From Lytechinus pictus (Eukaryota), in assembly GCF_037042905.1 (NCBI RefSeq), contig NC_087247.1, forward strand, positions 9,548,001 through 9,612,000: a stretch of DNA of 64,000 nucleotides, given 5' to 3'. Below are positions 36,593 to 50,100 of the stretch, in pieces (within the stretch, counting starts at the first letter, position 1; the number at the start of each line of letters is the position of its first letter). Both the position numbers and the translations under genes were made by a program. A model generated the notes under the pieces. That model was not told the DNA's origin. It ran no database searches and saw nothing but the letters and a program-made list of their open reading frames with translations.

Positions 36593-38964
36593 CGTTTTAC
36601 TGGTGTACGTTTTTTGGTGTACGTTTTTTGATGTGTAATGATTTTTTTACCTGCTTTTTTAGTTTCCGTCGATGTTATTCAAAGGAATTTCTTATCTTTT
36701 AAATAGTTTGGTTCAAAATTATATTTCATGCTATTTGGCCTTTTAAAACTTGTTTTGATCGTAAGTAGACAGTTGTGTGTGTGATCTGTGCGCAAACTAT
36801 TTTTTTTTTCATTATACATCATATCAGTTTTATACAACAATCAATGCTTTATATCTTTATTTTTTAAAATTCATACTTTATTAACTTCATATTTCTAATA
36901 CCCGTGGGTAATTTATTACGTTTATGAGAGCGCCATCAATTTCCAGGTTAACCGCTCACGATGGTGGTCTCATGCGTTCATTAATCATTATTTCCTTTAA
37001 AAAGATAAAAGTTTATTCTTAACATTGTTGTTTTGTATTCCTTACATACAGTTAATCAATTAGAATTAATGCTAAGGATCAATCATGTAGGCCCTATATA
37101 TTGTGTATGCAGAAAACAAACAGAAAAATGTTGCCTTCTATATCAGAATTTTTGGAATATTGACCACTGTCACTGTTTGACATTCAACTTTGAGTAAAAA
37201 ATCTGTGTTAAAATGTGATAATCCGTACGATATTCAGCACACAATCTGGAATAAGGAAGTGACAGAGAGAAGCTATTCTTAGTGGGGAAATTTTCCCGCC
37301 ATAATGTTATCCTTCGATAAAACGCCTTGCCTTTCATTCTAAGGACATTTGATGCAAGCACTCCAGTGTATCCTTGGATGACAATAGTTAATAAAATTCC
37401 TTATAATATCTGAGTTACTGACACAAAAAATACGAAATCAAATGCATAGCTTTTCAATAAGTCTGACGCCACAGATGAAAAGCGTTGTCGTTTATTAATA
37501 GAATATCACGTTTTGGCTTTAACAATGACCATGTACAAGTTTAATCAAGTTCATCTAAACACGCGTTAAGGTCGCTGAAATGCAGAAAGCATATGCACGC
37601 CTACTGTACATCTCGATGGATAGACTACAAGACGCCACACCAACTCTCAAGTGTTTGCACGCCATGAAATTACCAATAGCATAATTCATCATGATTTTGC
37701 TCTTTTTTTTTTGGGGGGGGGGGCTTCCTTATGAGGTGTGATTTGCAATAATGAAGACGATTTCAGCTTTTGATCCCTGATAAGCGTCGACTTTTGTTAA
37801 TTCGTCATTGATTCATCATAAAAAAACATATTGTTCTTATCATGACCTAGAGCGTTTCAAAGTTAAGTTTTTCTGATTGAAATGCTCGGTCCATTTCATA
37901 AAACCTTTGCGGTAACCATGGTAACTTCAATGAATATAGGGCTCAGTAGCCAATCAAATCAAGGTTTCTAATGTAGTTATTAGAAAGGCAAAGTCACCAC
38001 ATAGCAGGCCTTATAGATTTCATGCAACATGCATCTATATATCATGTGAGTATTTTGGAGTTATTCATCGTCATATCTAAATGTAAAAGAATTGGAAAAA
38101 TAAAGCTTGAAAAAAATCATTATCTGAAAATTGAAAGAAGAAGGATGTATCTCCATGAGAAACAATACAATAAACTTGATTGAACTGAATCGATATGAAA
38201 AATAAAACGTTATGATACAGAATTCAACCAAAAGCGTCCATTTACCATTTTCTTAAACGCCATGCACTGGTGATCCTCTTCATAATTTAAATCGTTTATG
38301 TACCAAATTTCTCAAAGCTTTCGATTTTGTTTTCATTTACATCTTGATTTCATTTCCACAAAATCTGATGAAATTAGACATTGTAAAATGGTAATTGTGC
38401 TATCATTGTGGAGGAATCCTATACACAGTTAGAGCTTGTAATTAAAGTTCCACAAATAATTATAAATAAGACCATTATGAAATGTTAACATGCTCTGAAC
38501 AATTTTAACAATTGATATTGGTTCACGATGATTGATGTATATGAGCAGAAATACTCCAATTCAGCAGAATCGGAAATGTCAAAGAGCTTTACGAACTCGG
38601 CCGTAAGTTAACATCCACTTGAATAGTTGAAGACGTTTTTTTTTTTTCTAGAGGTGAAGCAATTATTCTTATCCCGCTCTCCTGTTCATTTCAAACCCCA
38701 CAATTGTTCATATTAACGACGTTCAATTATCATTGAGTTGGTCCTTTGCTTCGGTCGAATCGTTTTAGTAATCATAAACATTAATTACGATGTTGCCTCC
38801 GAAATACGTACGTATCGCTCAATGACGATTCTATGTTTCGATCTGCTTATTGCTTATTTTTCTGCACGTTACTGCGTTCTTGTTTGATTTTCCCCCATCC
38901 CTGGATATTTTATTGTTCATAATTTCCTTTTTTTGTTAGTGGAATTGAAAATTGATGCCATTAA

Positions 38965-39378
38965 AGGCCACCGCACACCTTACGATTGGTCTGCGACCCG
39001 ATTTCAGAATAAAATGTAATAGAATTTGATGCTAATATTGAGATGTGGAATAATTACTGTGTAAAGTTCGAAATCATCGTACGAATACCTATGATCAAAT
39101 TTGTGACTATGCTATCATCCTTCTTAGAATAAAAGCAAATTTAATATCTAGTCGTAATGACGTCATAGCAGTCTTACGATTGGCTACGATTTGAAACTAA
39201 TTTGGACTTTACTCCAAAATAAGGGCTTGCAATCTTTCAAAATTGTTATGATATTATTATTTCAATTAATTTTAACCTCAAATAAAATGATATGTTCCAT
39301 TCACATCTTCAGAAAATGAGCAAAATGTGATTTGTTCCAAAATCGGGTCGCAGACCAGTCGTAAGGTGTGCGGTCGCC
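38965..39378. mobile_element. 414-bp TTAA-flanked MITE, family A copy 2
   Basis: Same TIRs as 6197-6610; interior reverse-complemented. Confidence 0.85.
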
Positions 39379-39935
39379 TTAAGAGTTTCCCCATAGACGA
39401 ATAAAACAATCTTTTATTCACCTTTGGTTCAGCAAATTTGCAGATGTATTTTATAACGAAAACGTTATTAATTAAAGTAATGTAAAAGTACACTGTGCAC
39501 ACTTAGGAATAGGGGTGCAAGAAAGGTGCAACTTTGCGGGAAAAGGTGCTGAGCGAGTCTTCGAGCACAGTTGCACCTTTCACTCGCCACCGCGCCTTAA
39601 AATTTGGCCAAACAGATGAAGTGGACGACCAGGCACGGTGGCATCCTGATAGGAAAACCTATAGGCAAGTTGGATCCGTGGCCATCTTAATAGGTTCATC
39701 CTTTAAAGTTGCAGACTAGATGTCACACTGGGAGCACCTTAGCGGTGCAACTTTGTACCTTTTTGGAAAGGTACAACTTTGTACTTCTCTTGAAAGTGCA
39801 AATAAGAACCTTTGGGGTGATTTTGATTTGAAAGAGGAAGAAAATAAAATATTATTCAAAACAAAAATTTTAGGGATGCGAACGAATTGAGAGAATGGGA
39901 CAGAGATCATCTTCACACCATGCGTACCCTTTAAG

Positions 39936-40105
39936 TAATACCTTGGTCACATTTGTTCTACGGAGGTCGTACGGCGAGTCGAAAACAGCCGTTTTAACAT
40001 TTTTTTTGTACCAGCTACATGTAGGTGGTTTGAATAAAAATGAATAAAACGGCTGTTTTCGACTCGCCGTACGGCCGCCGTAGAACAAATGTGACCAAGG
40101 TATTA
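39936..40105. mobile_element. Palindromic MITE with ~60-bp TIRs
   Basis: taataccttggtcacatttgttctacgg... / ...ccgtagaacaaatgtgaccaaggtatta. Confidence 0.8.
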
Positions 40106-41173
40106 GACACGAAAATGCCATTAGCCTCATATATCTTTTAAATTGCTAAAGTGATTAAGGTCTACGGGTTTATGTTAATCTTCATACAAAAATGTAGTTA
40201 TTTGGATGTTACTATGGCAACAGCAGAGGAGTAAACTTGATATTTAAAAGAGTTAGCTCCAGCAAACTTAGTTATTGAAGGGGATATATCATATAGTATC
40301 GTAGCCCTGAACGAAGTATGCAAAAGTTATAAAATGTCATTTTGAATTCCCGCTATCATTAAAGTCTTTCTCTAATCGCTGTGTATTAATGAGAAATGAG
40401 TTTACCCCAGCCTAGATTTTCAGATATATCCCTAATGGAAAACAGCTTAAGGCATACACTTTATGTTTTGTTACTAGCTTTACCACCATGTTCCTATTTT
40501 CTTCATGTCCTCTTTTATAACTCATGAAGTATAGTTAACTACATAATTATGCAACATCTTAACACCGTTTTATCCTTTCAGTTGTGATTTATGATAGTTC
40601 CCAGACATTAGTAGCATTTTTAAAGGATTTATATCGAATCTCTTAGCAATCGATTCGCATTTTTTATTTAAAAAAAAAACATGAAAAAGGAACATGTGTA
40701 TATTTTATACAAAGCAAATGCTAACTTCTGAAAAGGTGAGAAATGCGGTGGAAAGCATTTGAGTCGAGACAAACAACGAGGGGCTGAATTTTGGATCTAT
40801 GCTTGAAATAGAAGCAAGAAAGTTCAATAATATATTGTGATTATGAACATACCTTTAACGTGTGATTAAGCAAATTCGATCAGACTTCATAAGGGCACTC
40901 GATGAAAATTGTGGTTTTTACAATTTATCAAGTAATACAATTTTAAGATTTGTTCTTAACTAAAGTTTTCGTTCATTATTAGTTCTCACAATTTGGTCGA
41001 AATGATTCGCGAATTTGATAATACTGTCGATCATCGATGTTTCTACAAGGCATTTATACCGCAATGGTGTATTTTTTAAATCAATAAACCACTTATACAT
41101 TATTACATGCACGTCAATCCCATTTTGATTCAGACAGTGCTTCCTCGGTGATCTGAATGATCATAATTGACTG

Positions 41174-42886
41174 TCATTGATTTCGTGCCATGAATCGCCT
41201 CAACCATGGCGACGGTTCTGGGATGTCAGACAACCTCCCCCTGAGCAGGCATCGTACGACAGGTTTGAATATGGGATGTCGGTAGGCGTATACGATGGGG
41301 TTGATGCTGTGGTTGCAGACGAGGATGGTGAAGGAATAGAGACAGGCGCAGACGGGTCCGTGAACGACGATCCGGGCAAAGAGACACCCCATCTCGGGCA
41401 TGATGCAGAGGTAGGATACGAAGACCACCATCAGGAGATTCTTGGTGATAGCCATTTCATCCTTATCTCGGTGTCTGGAGCGACGATTCATCGAGACCCG
41501 GCACCGTTCGGCACTGGAGAAGCTGCATGCTCTTGTCCCTGACAGGGTTCCACTGATCCGGAGCGAACTGGTGCTTGGTGCGGCTTTGTTGGGTGTCCCT
41601 TGGATGGTGTTTGGTGGGATTCTTGATATGGAGCTCGTACTTGGGGCATCAACCAGTATGGGGAATGGCATGTTTGGTAAAACAGTTTCATCTTGTATGT
41701 CTTCCAAGAGATCAGCGGCATTGGTACTGGCTGACTCGCTTTCAAGATCACGGTGCACGGCTAAAGGACATTCAGTGATGACATTCACATTCACGTGACT
41801 GTTCTTTACTAGTGATGACGGTGGCACTTGTAGGTAGCTTTTCTCGTTTTTATCATGTCTATAGGAATCGGTTTGTGACATATTAATTTCATTAGTATTG
41901 TTGGATACATAGGGTTCGACAGAAGAATGACTAGGGTTTGTTCCAGATACTGCTACCCTCGTCGAGGTTATTGTAGAGATGGCTAAGTCGTCGCTTCTGG
42001 TTGATTCAAGTGATCTTATCCGAGTGTTTTCAGATGATGCATTGTTACATTGGATAGCCGTTTTGAACTTGTCTGTGGTTTCAAGAAAGTCTCTTTCATT
42101 AAGGGAATGTGTAACGTCAGCTAGAGGAGGGTCAGTGCTCGAACAAGTAGCTACATTCGAAATGGTCAGCACCGATGAGGATGGTTTTGGCTTTAACCGA
42201 TGTGTTTCTCTCTTCCCCAGGCTACGGCGATGGCGCTTTACGTGCAAGTAAATTTTCAAGTAACAGATCATAATGACGACCATGGCAGAGTTGGTGTTGA
42301 TGAAGGCGATGATGTCGTAAATGTGGAGCTTATTGTCGTCATCATTGATCATGCACGTATGTGCGTTAATGTAGTGATCGATGCTGTCTAGCTTCGGGAC
42401 GTCGATGAGGACAATAGCTAGCGGTGGGAATGTCCAGGTGAAGACGATGACGATGGCTATGTTTCTGTATGAAAACACTCTCCGATAGAGCTCCCGGGGC
42501 CTCGTGATGACGATGACCCGTTCCAGGGCTATTACCGCCAGAGTAAGAATACTACAGGAGATACAGACAACATTAAAAGCTGAAAAGATCAATTTCAAGA
42601 CTGTCGAGGACACCGTTATATCGTGCTTGATCATATTCGAGATCACGACGATTTGTCCAGGGAGAGTCAGAGAGGATAAAAGATCGCACACCGCTAAACT
42701 CGCTATGAAGCAGTTTATCTTCGTTTGTAATTTCCTGGAGGTCACAATGGCTCCTAGAACTAAACAGTTCCCAATAACTCCTACTAAGGCGATGATACAC
42801 AAACACACCACAGCGATGGAGAGATGGAACTTTGAGGACTCGGAGATGACGAACATCTTAAAAGAATTCTTTCGACTAATGGTCAC
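41174..42886 (-). CDS. Intronless rhodopsin-family (class A) orphan GPCR, 570 aa
   Basis: Seven hydrophobic segments; TM1 GN, TM2 SLAVCDL, TM3 IALERV, TM4 W, TM5 CY, TM7 NHSINPIVY; very long third intracellular loop. Confidence 0.92.
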   Translation of the reverse strand: MTISRKNSFKMFVISESSKFHLSIAVVCLCIIALVGVIGNCLVLGAIVTSRKLQTKINCFIASLAVCDLLSSLTLPGQIVVISNMIKHDITVSSTVLKLIFSAFNVVCISCSILTLAVIALERVIVITRPRELYRRVFSYRNIAIVIVFTWTFPPLAIVLIDVPKLDSIDHYINAHTCMINDDDNKLHIYDIIAFINTNSAMVVIMICYLKIYLHVKRHRRSLGKRETHRLKPKPSSSVLTISNVATCSSTDPPLADVTHSLNERDFLETTDKFKTAIQCNNASSENTRIRSLESTRSDDLAISTITSTRVAVSGTNPSHSSVEPYVSNNTNEINMSQTDSYRHDKNEKSYLQVPPSSLVKNSHVNVNVITECPLAVHRDLESESASTNAADLLEDIQDETVLPNMPFPILVDAPSTSSISRIPPNTIQGTPNKAAPSTSSLRISGTLSGTRACSFSSAERCRVSMNRRSRHRDKDEMAITKNLLMVVFVSYLCIMPEMGCLFARIVVHGPVCACLYSFTILVCNHSINPIVYAYRHPIFKPVVRCLLRGRLSDIPEPSPWLRRFMARNQ

Positions 42887-43494
42887 ACTTTTTTTTAGAA
42901 AAACGGAGAGAGCAAAATAAAAGGAGGTAACTCTCCTATGACTTCTGCTCTTTATGAGATAAGGTGCACAGCGAATTGTTAGTAGAAACGACTAGTTGGA
43001 CAGTGAGAATTTAATTACATATAAGGTATCGCTCAGTCATCCAGGGTTGACATTTAGCAACGCCTACTCAGTCGTATTCTCCATCATCCGGTTGGAATCT
43101 AATAATCTATAGCTTAAACAGCATATTTATGTGTCGTAAACGGTGTTTTACTGACCAAATAAGAATTGCTTATTTCGACTCCGACATTTGTGACACAATA
43201 TATGTAAAGAAATATATATATATATTGATATGAGGGGTTACTACTTGGAAGTAAAAATCTTGATATTTGAAGTCACGCTTACTATAAACTTGGAAAAAGT
43301 ATAGCACGAGAACCCCCCGCCCCGTTTTTTTTTAACAGAGCGCCCATGTGCGAGGTGAATATCATTGGTTTTTTTATGAATAATTTTGTGTGTGTGAGTG
43401 AGTCTATTATTTTTTTGAGGGGGGGGGGGCATGTCCCCTCTCGAATTTCAAACTTTGTAGAGCAGCGTATGGAGAGAGCCGTCTCTTTATTTCT

Positions 43495-43635
43495 TTTTTT
43501 TTAAGTGCACACCTAGTTACCAATAATGCATATGGCATGCATTTTCATTTCAGGATAAAAGAGCATCGTCGATTAACTGCCTTGCTCACAAGCATAGGTT
43601 CCGCGGCCGGGGATCGAACCCCGGACTTTCCATGT
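43495..43635 (-). mobile_element. tRNA-derived SINE fragment
   Basis: B-box ggttcgatccc in a T-arm ccggggttcgatccccgg on the minus strand; 5' half missing. Confidence 0.5.
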
Positions 43636-44027
43636 ATACACTGTAATTTTACACAATTACAAATATTGCTCAGAAAGTCCCGTCATATCAGGTGAATTTG
43701 TATGTTAATGCACTCGCATTATTTATTATTTTTCAAATATTCGCATCCTGATCAAGAGAACACGGAGAATTTAAAATGTCCCGTTTTCAAATCTGAATCG
43801 TCAAACTTTTAAGCTTGCGCTTCGCGCTCCAATTATTTGTTTAGTGAGATACGTATCCTATCTTTTAATTCCTACAAACAATCCTTTCAAATTTTAGGTA
43901 GCTTTCGCATTATTGGTTTACTTATACCGCATCCTGTGGTTTCAAAAAGTGCTGAGAATGTATCGGACAAAAAAGTATATGCGCTCGCATTTTTGCTCGC
44001 ATAAACGAGATACCAAATGTTGTTTAA

Positions 44028-44631
44028 AGGACAAGTCCACCCCAACAAAAAGTTCAATTGAATAAAAAGAGAAAAATCTTAACAAGCATTACACTGAAAA
44101 TTTGACCAAAATCGGATGTAAAATAAGAAAGTTATGGCATTTTAAATTTTCGCTTAATTTCACAAAACAGTTATATGCACATCCTGGTTGGTATGCAAAT
44201 GAGGAGACTGATGATGTCATCCACTCACTATTTCTTTTGTATTTTATTATATGAAATCTAAAATATTCGAATTTTCTCCTCATTGTCAAGTGAAACAACA
44301 ATTAATTCCTCCTCAACATGTGGAATAAACATTGTTTAATACTATTTGGTTCAGCCAAGTTGGTCCTTCTTGTCAAATATGTAAAAAATGAAATATTGTA
44401 TAATTAAACAATAAAAAACAAAAGAAGTAGTGAGTGAAGGACATCATCGTCTGTCTCATTTGCATGTCACTGAGTTGTGCATGTCACTGTTTTGTGAAAA
44501 ATAAGAAAAACTTTAAAATGTCATAACTTTCCTATTTTACATCCGATTTTGATAAAATTTTCAGCGTTATGCTATAGTTTGACTTTTCTCTATTTATTTA
44601 AATCAACAGTTTTCTGGGGTGGACTTGACCT
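44028..44631. mobile_element. TTAA-type MITE, family B copy 2
   Basis: Colinear with 14679-15278. Confidence 0.85.
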
Positions 44632-44991
44632 TTGAATTAAAATAAAGCTAAAAAGCATTTTTACTTCAGCCCCCTCCCCCCCCCCCCCCCCCATATTGGG
44701 TGATGCTTTATTCGTCCTGAAATAGACATTAAGTGAAATTGAAAAATGAAAGTACAGAAAAAGAATGCACTGAATGCCTTCAAAAATGCAAGTCAGAGTT
44801 TGAGCTTTGACACTGATACCATCTAATTAACCCAGAGTACGAGTGCAAGCTTCGAGAGAAATAGCGCCATCTCTCGTTCATTATGGGTAAGTTCTATCCT
44901 GACAACAGCGAAAACAAACGAAAAACCAACTGCTGCTATTCGGTGGAATTCGGAATTATTAAACGATATTTGTCCTCAGATATATATCAAG

Positions 44992-45094
44992 ATGACCACA
45001 CCAAGAGAAGCTGAAGCAAATGAGTATCTCGATGCACACAGGATACCCGAGTTGTTTCATAATATCACCAGCCAGCTTGTGTTTCACAGACCGG
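44992..45094 (+). CDS. EFCAB10: EF-hand calcium-binding domain protein 10, exon 1 of 4
   Basis: MTTPREAEANEYLDAHRIPELFHNITSQLVFHRP: RIIa/DPY30-like docking domain (YL..H.I..L....L.F.RPE.P); gtaagt donor. Confidence 0.88.
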
Positions 45095-45842
45095 GTAAGT
45101 AAAATAGGATGCATTTGTAAAACCATGGTCCCATGCATGCACTTTGATGTAGGTCTACGTACCACCACCTCTCTCTCGTTTCAGTTCCTCCGCTGACGTC
45201 CGGAGATCGTGGTGGCTTGCGCAGCTAAAATTTTTACTTATGATTAAACTTTAATTTCTCTTTATATTCCACAAAAAATTCAGTTGATAACATTCCATGT
45301 ATTCTTAGTTATTAGTAATTATGCGGAATTCTGTGAATAGGCTAGGCCTAGGCTATGCCGATTTTGTAGATTTAGGCCTAATTAAAATTAGGCAGCTAAA
45401 AATAAAATCTGTTTGGTTGGACTTTAAATAATGTTAGTTTGGTCGACAGTCATGGTTTTTCAACATTTTTTTATTTTACTTTTTCTACTTTCTGTAAGGT
45501 GTGGTGAAACAAGCAGTAGTTCAGCAGCAGAACAACCAATGAAACAGAGACTGAAGCTTTTGGTCTAACTTCTAATCTAAGATTTAATATACCGGTAGGG
45601 CCTAGGCCTACTCCATCAATCATGAAAGCATTTCAATGCCCATCATCAATCAAATATTTTTTATGCAAATTATAGTTCCATGAAAAAGAAATAGCATCCA
45701 GCATGTACAGTGAAGTTGGATGAGCATTTCATTTAGCCCATTTTCCAGACCAGCTAAATAGAGAATTTTCATCTGTTTTCATAAAGAAGATATTATTTAA
45801 GTCACTTTGCTAGTTATACGGCACATTTCTTATATTAATTAT

Positions 45843-46145
45843 TATAATTATAATAATAATAATAATGGTCTATTTACCCAGGGTAGCCACTTCAGTTCCG
45901 AAAACTGTTCTCCCAGCGTGCCCTGCTGTTATTATTACCCGGCTAAGCTAGGCTACCTATTCAGGTGCACACAGCTTTTTTGAGGAATTACTTCCTGCCG
46001 GTACCCATTTACCTCACCTGGGTCGAGTGCAGCACACTGTGGATAAATTCCTTTGCTGGAGGAAATTACGCCATGGCTGGGATTTGAACCCACGGCCCTC
46101 TGTTTCAAAGTCCGGAGACTAATCCACTGGGCCACGACGCTCCAC
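45843..46145 (-). mobile_element. Full-length tRNA-derived SINE with conserved central core
   Basis: A-box tggcccagtgg, B-box ggttcaaatcc, core tgctgcactcgacccaggtgaggtaaatgggtaccggcagg, (att)n tail. Confidence 0.85.
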
Positions 46146-46628
46146 ATTATATAGATCTAAATGCACAAATGGAAATATAGAAAGGGGCACTAAATTACTC
46201 CCAAGGCCAACAGGAAATGTTAGCCAAACTTTCCTGGATGCTCCACTTGGTAGGGTTTTTTTTTTAGGGGGGGATGTAAGTAATTATTGTTCCGAATAAA
46301 CATTTTATTTGTACTAGATCATAGCATAGACCTGTGTCATCATCTCGAACCATTTAATTGTATTTTAATTAGGTAACTCGTACCTTACCCCCTCCCCCGA
46401 CAAGAAATGACTTTGATCTATGATACAGTTACATAACTGATGAAATTACCATTTTATTTCATTCTCCTTGAAATATGAGCATTTCATATTAATACTTGAA
46501 TTTTATTTCATTTACTATTTTACCAATGATACAAACATGCCACAATTATCCAGAATTTTCAGTCATATCGGCTATGTCTCTTCACATGTGCATACATTTT
46601 CATTTATTTGAAATTTTTTATTCCACAG

Positions 46629-46793
46629 AGAATCCAAAGGCTTTTATGATCGACTACATCAGTAAGTTGAAAGAAGGACGTACAACCCAAATGAACTATC
46701 CATGTCTCTTTGATGATACCAACATCGATTCTGTATTTGGCATGCTTGACCCTACAAAGAAAGGTCATATCACACTTGAGCAGTATCGAGAAG
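46629..46793 (+). CDS. EFCAB10: EFCAB10 exon 2 of 4
   Basis: ENPKAFMIDYISKLKEGRTTQMNYPCLFDDTNIDSVFGMLDPTKKGHITLEQYRE: EF-hand loop DPTKKGHITLEQ; phase 1/1. Confidence 0.9.
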
Positions 46794-47019
46794 GTGAGAT
46801 GATATATGTCAGAATACATCTTGTAATATCTATTGATGTTTTGTGGCCTTTTTTTCACCCACATTGATTTTTGTTAACTTCCTTATTGAAAAATTTCCCT
46901 CTAGATAGCATTGCTTCCATGTTTGTTTCTTTTTAGATATATCTAAATGTGTTTTGATGACATCTAAATCTTTGTAGTCTTATTCATTTTAATGTTTATT
47001 GTTATGTTTGTAAACTACC

Positions 47020-47175
47020 CGGTATCTACCGGTGATGGGAGAACCTTTAATAGGAACCAGTGTCCTTTTGGCTATCCCTGTACATCGGTTGATTGGTCTT
47101 TCAAATTTTCTTGTACATGTATTTGTAATTTCTTGTATTCCTTTTGTTAAAATAGAATGAATAAATAAATAAATA
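47020..47175 (+). mobile_element. Probable LINE 3'-end fragment
   Basis: Imperfect hairpin ccggtgatggga...tccctgtacatcgg followed by T-rich spacer and (ataa)n tail. Confidence 0.35.
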
Positions 47176-48177
47176 GGACTTTAAAAACATACACATACAT
47201 ACATCTGTTACTACCTATTCAAACTGCACCGTGTCTGTCTGGTAGTACTTCACTGATCACTGGTATTTCACAGACATTCCATTTCAGGAAAAACAAAGTA
47301 CAGCATGTACTTGTAGACCAATTTAAAATGGAAAAAATGTAGCAAACTGAATTGATAGAGAAACAAGATCAAATCTGTTGGCAGTGTTTAGCTGGTCTCA
47401 AATGGTTCACCCTTTCTGTTGTATTCTTGTATCAATAGAAGGTGTGCTTGAAAATATATTATAGTTATCATTCTCAGTACCTTGGTTTACCATTTTCATA
47501 AAGCTTTGGTTTGGAAGTTGATTTTTATCATATGAGAACCATATAGATTATATATATTTCACTATTAAATCACTTCTGAAGTGTTTTGGTAAATTCCCCC
47601 CCCCCCCCCTCCCCCAAAAAAAGTGTTTGTCACTTTTCCAGATCATTATCTCTATATGACCCAAATCCACCACTCGAGAATAAATTGGGCTGAAACTTTG
47701 TGGATGGGTCTTTGGTTGCAACTTTTAATGCAATCACTATTAAGTTTTCATGATAAGAGTTAATGGTACCTTTTTAGAAATGACAAAATCGTTAACGAGA
47801 AAAGCATATTCCCAAAGATTAACTTGTAATAATCACAATAATAAACAGTCACTACACATTTGTAAGATTGGAATGGAAATATGGAATGTAAGATATTACT
47901 CAGACAAAATAATTCACATCATTGATCGTTTACCAAAATTGAATGAGCTTTAATAATTAATTGCCTTAGGCACTGCAGACTTCCATTTTTAATCAGTTAT
48001 TGCCATACTGCTGAAGTTCATGAATAACATATTTTGTGCAATATCATTTATTAAATGGTCTTGATAGATGATTAAATGATTAATATAGAAAATTAGTTAA
48101 CCATGGGTAGGATTTATGTAGATATTTTTTCAGAATTTCAACCAATGATTGTTGTTTTGGTCCCTTTTGCTATACAG

Positions 48178-48268
48178 CGATGAAAACCATGGGCTGTCAG
48201 AACTTTGATGAAAGGCCGACTGGAGTAGACCGTGGACAAGTCACGGCAGACATCTTTGCAAGAGAAGT
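48178..48268 (+). CDS. EFCAB10: EFCAB10 exon 3 of 4
   Basis: tatacag acceptor; AMKTMGCQNFDERPTGVDRGQVTADIFARE(V); gtgagt donor. Confidence 0.88.
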
Positions 48269-48320
48269 GTGAGTAGTTCTTTTTGTTTCTTATATCTTCC
48301 TCAAAGAATAACCACTAACC

Positions 48321-48514
48321 CACTGGCGGATCCAGGGGGGGGGGGGGGACACAGCCGGCCCGTGCCCCCCCCTCCTTTCAAGAGGCACAGTTAAAATTTA
48401 TAACGTAAAAATGCCGTTAAAACAATAGTGTGCCCCCCTCCCCCTGCCATTTGAAAGTGAAGACCTTTTTTTTTTTGCCCCCCCCCCTTTCCAAAAATCC
48501 TGGATCCGCCCCTG
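48321..48514. mobile_element. hAT-like MITE with 8-bp TSD
   Basis: cactggcggatccag / ctggatccgcccctg TIRs; TSD cactaacc on both sides. Confidence 0.8.
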
Positions 48515-48925
48515 CACTAACCCATTATGAACATAACTGTGAGTAACAACAATCTCATGACATGGGGGTACATTAAAGTAAATCAGGAGAATTTCCCTTG
48601 CATTTAGGTTTTTCCTGTGCACATATTAATCTGAATTCTATTTTGACAATCACCAAAAAACATCGGAAAATCAAAGACTTTATGACGTGCATAGAATTGT
48701 TTCACCTAAATAGTGTAAAACTTTCAAGTTTAATTACTGCCACATTTTTCATCTGATTCTAATAACGTTTCAGTGTTTGATTCATTAGTTTTACCCTATT
48801 CCAATATGAATATTTTCATCCTGGAATATCCCTTTATTGTGAAATTTAAATGTTAATGAATACATTTAGCTTCTTAAACATATTCATGATTTTTTTTTAA
48901 ATATCTGCTCATTTTTGACATGCAG

Positions 48926-48974
48926 GAAAGCTGGTTTAAAGAAGGCATCTGCAACATTTGAGCCTCTGATCTAG
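48926..48974 (+). CDS. EFCAB10: EFCAB10 exon 4 of 4
   Basis: tgcag acceptor; KAGLKKASATFEPLI*. Exons 103+165+91+49=408 nt give 135 aa. Confidence 0.8.
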
Positions 48975-49287
48975 AACTGCATTCGAAATGGAGGTCCCTG
49001 TCAGACAAACAGAAAATGGTTATTCCAAGTAAGAACCTGCAGGCAGGCTTGAACTTAAATTACACTATAAAACCTTCTACTTCACCGATCATCTATGACA
49101 TCCCGAGTCACGGTGTTGAAGTATGGCATTCTTAAAATGAACACCCTTTCTTAATGAAAGAAAACTATGGCATGAGGTTTGCATGGTTCTTGATGGTACT
49201 TCAGGATCATAAAACCAGCAGAAAAGTCTACCTGCTTTGATACTGGCTGGGCTTGGATTTACACTCAGTAACCAAGGTACTTGCGAG

Positions 49288-49706
49288 GGCTTATTTCCAA
49301 TTTGTCCACTGCCAAATCATCCAATTGCCATCTCGTCTACTGTCATTTGGTCTACCATCAGTTCGTCCGCTATCCACATGGTCTAATTGCCAATTCATCC
49401 ACTCACCATTTCATCTAATAACCAGTTGATTCAATAGCCATTTAGTCCATGTACCATTTGGTCTAATTGGACTAAGTGTTAATTGTGCAAAATGAGTGAA
49501 AATGAAATGGCTATTAGACCAACTAGTTATGAGACGAAATGGTCACAGACAAAATGGTGATTAGACAAAGTGATGATTTGACCAGATGGTTATTTGAACA
49601 AATGGTTGTTAGACTAAATGTTGTTGGACGGAATGGCATTAGACTAAATGAAAGTAGACCACGTGGTGAGTGGATGTGTTGGCAGTAGACGAATTGGCAA
49701 TTTACC
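49288..49706. mobile_element. Foldback-like element with degenerate subterminal repeats, 8-bp TSD
   Basis: ccaatttgtccactgccaa / ttggcagtagacgaattgg; flanks cttgcgag / cttgtgag. Confidence 0.65.
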
Positions 49707-50100
49707 CTTGTGAGTTGTGAGCCTCACCCTATTCGTTCCTGTTTTATTCAACAAGTCCACTATTCATCTACTTTTATTCATAAACTTCAATGCACTGCTT
49801 TGGAGTAACGATTACTCTTGTTTTAGTTAATTAATTTTATTTTATTTCATTAACAAGAGAAAGACTGTTTACTAGTATTAAGTGAATTATTCAGAAATTA
49901 TTCAGTCAAGTCATGCTTCATTTAGTCGATTTTTATGGAGAGTGCTTGAAAAAGAAACCATCTTAAAGGGATGTTGTAACAGCTACACCCATCAACAATA
50001 CATAAGACCCCTGTTGCATAAAAGTTAGCATTATTTTTACTACTTCTACTACATTACTACATTTGTACTATATAATTATGACAGTTGCTGATATTAATGG

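Noticed and set aside
41177-42920. Multiple short ORFs overlapping the GPCR
   Set aside because: Antisense or alternative-frame shadows of a GC-richer coding region.
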